DNA of 64,000 nt from assembly GCA_964247055.1 (NCBI GenBank), contig OZ176051.1, positions 14,012,001 through 14,076,000 of the forward strand, written 5' to 3'. The position numbers and the translations under genes are program-made. The stretch is from Paragordius varius. Taxonomy: Eukaryota > Animalia > Nematomorpha. Numbering within the stretch: the first letter of the stretch is position 1; every line of letters starts with the position of its first letter. Of the stretch, positions 54,842-64,000 are shown one piece after another. Below the pieces are notes generated by a model. It had not been told where the DNA came from and did no database searches. It saw nothing but the letters and a program-made list of their open reading frames with translations.

Positions 54842-57830
54842 TCATTGAGACAATTGCAATTCGGTGATCGATTCTTCTGGTTAAAATGGTGTAAAATATT
54901 GGCAAATTACGGAATCGGATACATCTTATAGTGTGGAGGGAATCCAATTTGGCTTATTATCTTTATCGAGTAGCACTACAAAAAAACAGTGTGATATATA
55001 TGTTATGGAATAGGTATAAGGTTGGTTAATTTTGCGAAACATTTCTGCAAAATAAATTTATAGATAAAACATATTTATTAGCCCTGACGCCTTCGATAAA
55101 ATCGTGTGCACGGGTGCAACGACACACTAATCGAAATTCATGGATTAAGTCAGCAAGGCTCCAATCCTGAGCTCTACTGTCGCACAGCAGTTTGAATGTT
55201 AGCTAAAAAACATATATACTTATTTCTAAATTATTTCATTTTTAGTACAAAAAATGTATTAAAGAAACTTTCAATGAAGTGGGTGACAGTTTAGAGGAGG
55301 AATTGACAGAATCTTCGTTGGACTCTAAGCCAAAAGAATTGATTGCCGAGGGGCCCAGGATAGATTTTATTTCCTTGGGGGAACGATGATAGCATTCTTT
55401 AATGTAAGAAATACATTTATCAAAGGAAGTTTTATTGGCATGGTTTGGGTCGGTAAACTGAACAGGATCAAAAAGTTTTTTGATCAACTCTAAATTTTGA
55501 GGGTTTAGTGTTAGGTGTTTTGATGATAATGTGTTATCTGTTCGAGTAGGTTTTGCGAGTTTAACGGACTAAAAATAAATGGTTTGAAAAAAATAGGTTT
55601 ATTAAAGAATATTAAGCTATTTCGGTAAAAAATTATGACATAGTTTTAACTTTTTCATGATAATCGCAAAGGATCTCATTGAGATTTTCCTCATTTAGCG
55701 TGTCGTTAGATAGTAAAAATTCTTCCTCAAATTTGGTGACCTTTACAGAAAAAATTTAAATATAGAATGTTAATAAATAAATGTCTAAAACGTATTAAGG
55801 TGTATTGTTAACGAACATGAAAAAAACGGTTTCAAAAATGATGAAATTTTACATATTGTGGAACCAAGTAATGCGTAGCTATGCCAGAAGTAAAGACATC
55901 AATACCCTTCAATCGCTGACCCGTTAGCCCAAGGAAGATACCCAAATTATGAGGTAGTTTTGGCAAAAAATAGGAACTACCGACATCAGGAAACAAACCT
56001 ATGTAATAAACAATTTATTTTCAAAACTGAAGATGTGAGTGGTAGCTAAACAAAAAAAATATATTCTATAAAACATTTTTGGTTAATAAATGTATAAAAA
56101 ATTTCCGATGACTCGTTATAAGTAATGAGATATAAGAGTAAATTAACGAAAATAAACCGAAAATAGAATATTAAATAATTATACTAACTGATAAAACAAA
56201 GTCATATGTGAAACTGTTTGTCAATAGTAATCGCAGACTATTTTGGTCTTTTATTTGACGGTTTTCCCATACATATATCAATATAGTATAGAACACTAGC
56301 AATAAATTTCTGCCAATCGAGTTTTTTGCATTTTCTGCTATTTACTAACATTTTAACAGTAAATCTAACATTTATAATTATGCGCCTCTTTATCAAAATT
56401 TTACTAAAAATGTCTCTTTTTAGAAATAAACAACAAATGCCCATTTGTAATATATCATGCGAAGTATTTAAACTATAAAATGTTTATTAATATGTTTTAC
56501 ATATCGGACATAACCCGCGAAACGAGATCGTTTTTCTTAATTAATATATTTTTATATTAATGGATCAAAATAGCTAAAACTTTGTGTAGATGGCAATGAA
56601 TGTCTAAAAAGATAACACAAGAAAGTTTTTTCGATTAAAACAACTATTTATCGCTTTTATATAATTTAAAACAGCCATTTTTAAATGTTTGTTTTAAAAA
56701 ATTACCATCTTATCAATATTAAATTTTCTTTAGAAGGCCTATAAATTCAAAATTTCAAACACTAGAAATCAAATAGGTATTCAAAATGTTTTTTGGCCAT
56801 TATGTTATAAATTTACAGTTATATATATGCATTTTAGTATCCACTAGGTAAAAAATTATGGTAATAATTTTTATTAATAAAGAACCAAAAGCTTTTATGT
56901 AACCCTTATAATTCTATTAAAATTAATTTATGATTTTAAAATTAGTTTGTCTATGAAAATTTTTGACTTATTTAAGAGTGGAAAATTTTGACCATATAAA
57001 GCCAAGTAACTTTTACCTCAGATTGTTTTAAATGACAGACTACCGTTTTCAGTCTTTCGGGTTACGAATGATATAAAATACACGACTCTATATTTTAATC
57101 GGGGCCAAAAAATTCGATAAAACATAATAAAAAAATTCTTAGGTGTTGGGCCATTTTTTCATATACTACTATTTATGTACTTTAATGAAATGTTGTCTAG
57201 TGTATTTTTGCATAAATTTTATGAATGTTAAATAAAAAACCAATAGCCGTTTCCGGCATGGCGAAAAAGGTAGAGTCAATCGCAATCCGATGAGAACTGT
57301 GAACAGAAAGGCCCACGCCTCCACCCATAGTAATCCCATTTAAAAAGGCGATGTAAGGTTTTTTATAATTGGCCAAATCAGAAATAACTAGTATAAATGT
57401 TGGTGATTGCATTATATTTTAAGGTAAATATTCTCTTCAAAATACATTATTATTGTTAATTCTAAAAAACGATAAAAAATGATTATATTTGAAGATGCAT
57501 ATAAGGTAAAGATGATAATTTTTTTATCAATTTCATAATTCAGGGTATACTGCTTTCCAAAAGATCATCTGCCGCTTCATAATTTTTTGACTCGGATATT
57601 TGTTTAGTAACAGATAAGTATTACTAAAAGTTACTTTTAAGATCTCCTCCCGAACAAAAGGCACGACCCCCTTTACTTTTAATATATACCATATCAACAG
57701 AATTATCGGATTTCCACTTCTTTTATAATAAAGTATTGCATTACCAATAAATTTTTATAGATAAGTTGAGCCATAGGTAATGTTAAAGCATTTAAAGTAA
57801 TAACATTGTTTAATCTAATACCTCCAATTT
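54842..57830 (-). pseudogene. HIBCH: 3-hydroxyisobutyryl-CoA hydrolase, disrupted
   Basis: Exons VITLNAL (~57745-57810), 57635-57719 (AFCSGGD), ~57524-57610, 57241-~57370 ([21 protein letters not shown]), 55853-55998 (LFPDVG..GLTG.RLKG..GIATH), 55651-55740, 55269-55568 (LSPTSLK), 55079-55202 (HDFIEGVRA) and 54842-54975 (LLDKD..W.P). TAA at 54926-28 and 54881-83, RPKALN deleted, several non-GT/AG splice sites. Confidence 0.92.
56294..57202. mobile_element. CACT-terminated element, family 1, in a HIBCH intron
   Basis: cactagcaataaatttctgcc ... gttgtctagtg; internally homologous to 12354-13466. TSD not preserved. Confidence 0.75.
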
Positions 57831-58758
57831 TATTTAAATTATTAAAAACAACTGGACTTGGCATGTACCAAACAACCAAATAATTTACAGTTGTTAGTAA
57901 AATAAGTCCATAAAATTAATACCAAATATAAATCCAAAAAATCGACTGCAAATCTAAAATAAACACATATTATATTTGTATAAAAATCCAAACAGCTAAC
58001 ATTTTTTTTGGAATGAAGGATTTAGCTTTCATCGAAAAAATTTGCGCAATTTTCCCATTTTTTGATATGGAGCTTTTACCATAAAAGTGTAAATAACTTT
58101 CCTATATCACTCGTAAGGGCTAAAATCAAAAGGACCACCCGGATACATTTTCCTATCAGAATATATATTTTCACCAGGTTTTTTATACCCCCGGATTTGG
58201 ACGCAGTATTATTATATATACAAAAATTTTTAACATTCTTTTTTGGCTTACTGAGGGTTAACAAATTAGCATGGTGTCAAAAAATGTTCCTAATTACAAA
58301 TACGTATAAAACCGCAATTATAACATTTTATGACAGTTTGAGGTAGTTTTATATTTCAGGGCGATAATTTGAATAGCTTAAAAACATTAATCCTTATTTA
58401 AAATTATGCTTTCTGTATCTTTTAGGCGTTTTATACAAATAAATTATTAATAATTTCAAATAGATCCTCAACTCAAACTTTGTCGGGCCATTTTTTTATA
58501 TTACTAAAACAATAGGCAAATAAATATGTATTATATACAAAAAACGAATAAATAATTAACTTTAGCACGCTTTCATTTTAACCATTTCTTGATTTTAAAC
58601 AGCTTTTTAGTTTTGTTAATGTAACTTTTTCTATATATATTTCTGGTAAAAATAACTACATGTCTAAGGGTCAACATGAAGTGTTTTTAGTAAAATTTGT
58701 AAAGGATTACACCTAAAAAATAATAGGTCCTTAGATGATTGCGCAAATGTGAAATACA

Positions 58759-59771
58759 CCAGGTGTATTAATCAGTTTATACCGGTTAAACAGAGAGAAA
58801 ACGGAAAATACCTAGATGGTTAATTTAATAAATACCCTATTCTGTTGATCCGACAATTAACGACTTATTTTTATCATTCTAGTTAATTGTTTTCTGGCAG
58901 AAACATATGTTGAAATATTCTATCGAAATGTTAAACATTGTTAAAAAATAAAAGTTGTTATTCATGTGAAAGGGTATGGGCACTCTGGCAGTGTACAACT
59001 GCGAGAACGATAAAGTATAAGAGTAATACGATGATCCTACTTAAAAACAAAGCTCAAAAGCAGGATCCTAAAAAACATTCAATTGAAGTCTACGAAAATG
59101 GAAAAGATTAAAAAATTCGGTAAATGAATATCATACAATTTGACTAAATGTCTAATAAATCGCAAAGGGACTTGTAAAATCCTGGACCACAAAAGTTTGT
59201 ATTGAATTAAAACGGGTGATGACTAATGGATCTTTTTAATAAATCTAAAGCATGGCTTTCATCTTGTCAATCCGCTCCGTCCACACTAATATCAAATTTT
59301 TTTGGGAAACCATGCGCTGTGTTTTGTGGGATAGACCGGTATGTGCCATAAACATACCCGTGAAGTTAAAACGAACACTCTCGTTAACAATTACTTAATT
59401 AAATTGATGCATTCTAATTGAAAAACAACCGTAATGGGTCAGAACACATGGCAAATTGTTCATGAGATTATTTCATAAACAGCGAAACCAGGAACTACAC
59501 CTTAAAACTTTTTCAACGGGAATCTGAACTATCCTGACCTGGCGCCATTTCCCAAACAATTGGCTTCAATGAGGCCCACCCTCGCAAAGTAGCACTTCAG
59601 TCATTCGAGACATCTTAAAATTGGGTTAGCCGTAAAATTCAATCTTTTTTTTGGCCCCGCATTTATATAACTGATAGATAAGCGATATGTGTGGACGCAG
59701 ATGTATTATATTATGTATAAAATAAATAAATAATAATGACATGTTTTAAAAACCGGTAACTTAATACCTGG
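58759..59771 (+). mobile_element. Degenerate mariner transposon
   Basis: TIRs ccaggtgtattaat..accggtt / aaccggtaacttaatacctgg; remnants of TGDE.WI, GK..LCV.WD and YSPDLAP. Confidence 0.75.
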
Positions 59772-60518
59772 CAGTTCTCCTACTATCAAAGCAAAAAAGC
59801 TAATTTTAGGTTAAGGTTTTTTAATATATGTAGATTTTAAAAAATATATTTTTTAAAAACATACATTAATGAAAATAAATTTTTGCAAAATTTTTGATGA
59901 ACGTCTTTCATAACGTTTCGATGGTAAAAACGGTGAAAGAACATAAAATAATATATAAACACTTTAACTATCCATAGTGCACATGATTCAATTGTTTTAG
60001 ATAGTGTCAAAGTTATTTTCATATTTGTGCTAATTTCCATATTAGTTGCAAAAAAAGTCATTCAATTAATTTTTAGTGAAATATAATGCCTGATTACAAA
60101 TATATTAAATTATATCATAATATATTTAAGAGGCAAATAAATATTATAATATTTTGCATGCAGACTCCAAAAGTAGCAAATTTTTGGACCACCCCAAAAT
60201 GGACTTATTTAAAAATAAGCATAAGGGCAAAATTCCGAAGGTGGGAAACAATAATTTTTAATACATGCTAGAGTATGACATCGAACAGATATCATAATTA
60301 TTCCTCAAATTTTTATTTTAGCAAATTTTTGTTGAGGCGTAGTCATATTAGAGCCCAGAGAAACGGTCGAAAACATTTCATGATATTATATAGACCATTT
60401 TCTATGTCCCATAAGGTTTTAAATCTGAATAAAATTTTGTATCCATGAATATTTTAACACCATAAACATATTTTTTAATCCAAATATTCTGAGGTGATAG
60501 GAATGTTCAGCATCGTCG

Positions 60519-63500
60519 GTGTGGCGGAACTATAAAATGTGGGCCCTCCGCAAGATTTAATACTGGCCCTCTTTCCCCCCAAAAAAATGGTTTGCAGTTA
60601 TCTTTTCCCCTGGCGCATCACTCAGATATGTAAAGAAATATTATATCAAAAAATGATATTATGTACATGACTTGGCATCCTGAGTCTATAAGTTTTGCGT
60701 TCCTGGTATGATTGTTAATACCCACCCGCCCGCCGGCGATTCTCAGTCTTAACGTTCATTTTTAAAATTCAAATAATAAATAAGGGCATGGATGTATTAA
60801 TCAGTAAATAATGTTTTATTTCGTTTTCCGATTTTGCGTAAGCAAATTATTATAACTTTTTTATCCATTTGATCCGCCATCTCCTCTTCAATCGCTAGTA
60901 ACGATAAATCGCTCTTTTTTCAGCCATCGTGCTTCCAATATAATTTTTGAATATTTTTAATTTTAAGAATTAACGTTCCGCTGTAGCAATCGTAACTGGT
61001 AAAGTCAAAAACAATAATAATGCTGTTACTTCATCACAACTGGCTTAAACTGTTGGGTAAATAATAATTCATATCTCTGCAAATTGCCTAGCATTTTTAT
61101 TGAGCTATTTCATCCTTAAGCGAATTATAAACTGACACTATTTGAATCGGAAAATATTCACTCAAATCGTTTAGATAACACTAGTCGACAAATTTGGACA
61201 TTTTTAAGCACCACCACTCAAACTTTTTAAATTATGACTAATTTCAGTGTTTTAAAACCGAATTTGAAAAAAATTTTGATCCCGCCAATCAGAGTTTTGA
61301 AATTTTATAGGTTTTTCAATTTTTCAAAACCAAGAGAAAATCGAGAGAAAATTAAATATAACTTTATAATAAAATGTTATTATATTATAAATTTAATATC
61401 ATTTAATAAAGCGTTTTAAACTCTATCTTTTGAATATAAATATGTCATTTAAATATCAGAGAGAAAAAAATAGTACGGACTTAAACGTCAAAATTTAGTC
61501 TTTTTTTTCAAGTGAATTTTTAACACATATAAAAATTTTTTAAAAAAATACTAAAAAAGGCATTCTATGGTTTAAACCTTCGGCTTTCAGATAGGCTATA
61601 TTTTTTTTGTTAGATTTCGTTCTTTCGAGTACTTATTAGACTTTTTCTCTTGAGTTGGTTCTTATAAAAAATCCTTTATTTATACATAGTGGATATACCT
61701 TATTTTTTTGAAATTATTGGTTGTTTTGTATTTTGAATTTCAGATAGATGTTGTGTAGCCACTTTTAGTAGAATTTACTGTTATGGGGTTGGACCATTTG
61801 TATTTACCTAATTTATATTTAATTTAATTGTAGAATTTATCTAACTTTATTCTGTAAATTGGTTAATTGGACATGTCAATTTGCCAGATTTTGCTTGCAA
61901 GTCTCTCTTATCGGACTTTACGATTACTTATTGTTATCTTTGCCATATCTGGCATAATTATAGGATCGCTTGGGGGATATGCAGAGCGTGTGCAGCCGCC
62001 CATATCTATCACACTATACATAAGCCTCTTTTAGATTTTTAATACTTTGGCTCTTAGCTTGTTTAGTATCTCATTTAATGCCTAGAATTTGTTATCCATG
62101 CATGGAATATTACTTGTATCGACTTGATTGTTTGAATTTTTAAACATATGTACACGAGGAATGATTGTTATTTTTGAATTAATACAAATTTAAAAAGTAA
62201 ATTTTGGAAAAATCCTATTGGTGGCCTCAATTTTCTTTTTTGTTTTGGCCTTTCCATGCCATTAGGTATCAGAAAATGCAAAAATAATGGGGTGGTGCAA
62301 AACCTTGTTGACTAGTGTAATTAATTATTACATTTATAGCTGATATGATAATTTCTACTTCACTCATTTTTACTTTGATGGAAGAATTGAAATATATGTA
62401 TAAATGTACTAATTAAAGAATATGAATGTGCAGACCGCCAAGATTTTCATTTTATGAGAATGGGCCGCTGAAAAATTGCCGACCCCTGTTTTAGTGTGTG
62501 GTAAAAGTTTATCGAAAACTTTATGTTTTAGAACTAAAAATAAATTTGAAAATAACATGTATCAAAGGGTTAGAAACATTAAAAAAATAATGCACATTAA
62601 TGAATATCAGCTAAAAAATATTGGCCAATTCACTTTACAGTTAACTATGTGAAATAACGATCATTCTGTAAAATATAATGAATTTCTTCTCGATGTAGGC
62701 ATTGAAAAACATTTTTTACAAAATTATTGTTATTGCTCATACTTTGCTGTAATATGAATTGGCCAACATTAATGTGAGAGCGCCTGCATTAAATTGTATA
62801 TTGTAAAATCAAAATAAATAAATTGAAATTACTTGTTTGAGAATATTGATATGATGAATGTTTTTCTTTTTTCTCTCCTTTGTTAACTATTAAAATGTCA
62901 GAAATTAATAAAGTAACAAACAATATCATTATGGAAATGGATAGTAAAAAAAATGCATTTTTTGCTCTGTCTTCCCTTAACTCAAAAATTAAAATTTGAA
63001 CCCATTTCCTTATAAAAATTAAAATATGTAAATTGTCTTTCACACTATATTAAAAAAAATATATTTTTACGCATTAATATATTACTCCAAATGATATTTT
63101 ATTTGTAATTATCTTAATTTAACAGAGGCAAAAAAAATACATTTTTAATTTTGTGAATCCATAAAATTATAATACTATAATTTTTGATAACAAAATAATT
63201 TCGGACTTAAAAATTTATAAGCACTTAATTTTTGATGTCAACTATCTATGCTTAATTATTTATTTTTTACACTTTTTTAAAGTGTTTACCGGAGAAAATT
63301 TAAAGGTGTATATTAATTATCAACTTATAAAAAAACTGCTTTTTGAGATAAAGGAAAAAAGCATTTTTTCGCTTTTTCTTTCGTTCACTCAATAATAATT
63401 ATCTTTATTCTTTGCCAGTATACGTGCAATCAGGCAATCATTGGTTACATTTCCGTATATAAAAATAATAAATTTTGGGCCCCCCTCAAAATAGAAAGGG

Positions 63501-63591
63501 GGCCTAAATTTAATTTTAATATAAAAGGGCCCCTGTTTTGCCTTAGGGCCCCCCCGCACTGCTCCTTCAAGCTCCCCGTAGTTTCGCACTG
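60519..63591 (-). mobile_element. hAT element with a transposase C-terminal remnant and nested insertions
   Basis: Perfect 8-bp TSD catcgtcg (60511-18 and 63592-99); termini gtggcggaacta / tagtttcgcactg; minus strand ~60830-61050 reads LFLTLPVTIATAER..DLSLLAIE. Confidence 0.85.
61179..62317. mobile_element. CACT-terminated element, family 2
   Basis: taa|cactagtcgacaa ... ttgttgactagtg|taa. Confidence 0.9.
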
Positions 63592-64000
63592 CATCGTCGT
63601 CGAATATACCGTATCCACACCATGTTTTCAAACACCAAAAAGTAGGCTTCAACAAATACAACTTTTAAAGAATAGTAGGCATATTAATAATAATATTTGA
63701 ATGACTTAATCTAATCATATGAATAGCTAATTCTCTGCATTTTTTGTGTTATTTCAAATAAACTAGCCCATCTTAGAGAATTGGCGAAAATTTGAAAATT
63801 TCGGTGCCTACATTTTAAAATTTAAATATTATATATATTCCTATTTAATTTAGGTATATGATATATTCTAATAATATTTTTTGAGAAAGTATCTAGCTCA
63901 AAAAAAATAATTCTGTAACGGAATTTTACGATTATTACAAAAGTGGTAGGTAATAACTTGCATCACTTGTTATAAAAATAACTTTAATCCATCAATTTTT

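Noticed and set aside
54881-54928. TAA reassigned to an amino acid (two in-frame TAA in the HIBCH last exon, others in the Fox and SQOR remnants)
   Set aside because: Hundreds of codons in the other HIBCH and M13-like exons contain no TAA, the M13-like gene ends in TAA at the family-typical C-terminus, and frameshifts co-occur. Ordinary decay explains the stops.
58062-58346. Overlapping ORFs upstream of HIBCH, including a YPGGPFDF-containing frame
   Set aside because: No recognisable family, internal stops, and it cannot be linked to HIBCH by splice phase.
1-64000. rRNA, tRNA, prokaryotic defence systems, or horizontally acquired bacterial or viral genes
   Set aside because: No cloverleaf, rRNA core motif or long intronless non-TE ORF was seen. 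All recognisable genes have spliceosomal introns.

Overview
Strongly AT-rich, transposon-dense animal (invertebrate-like) nuclear DNA with spliceosomal introns. No rRNA, tRNA, CRISPR or prokaryotic operon is evident. The main structure is a direct segmental duplication (1-9915 vs ~39077-51781) carrying a ~17-exon gene for a secreted, heavily N-glycosylated neprilysin (M13)-fold protein. It lacks HExxH/ENIAD and has a Ser-Gly-rich, glycosaminoglycan-attachment-like exon. Both copies appear damaged at the same (TA)n-containing exon. The window also holds decayed copies of a FoxQ2-like forkhead gene, SQOR and HIBCH. Several introns are only 25-34 nt. Mobile elements: three RTE-clade LINEs, three mariner remnants, three non-autonomous Helitrons with internal ~160-bp higher-order repeats, two families of CACT-terminated elements with TWA target-site duplications (TSDs), several hAT elements (one a composite with an inverted transposase) and many MITEs, including a four-layer nest. 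All assignments come from manual reading and recalled family motifs; no database search was run.
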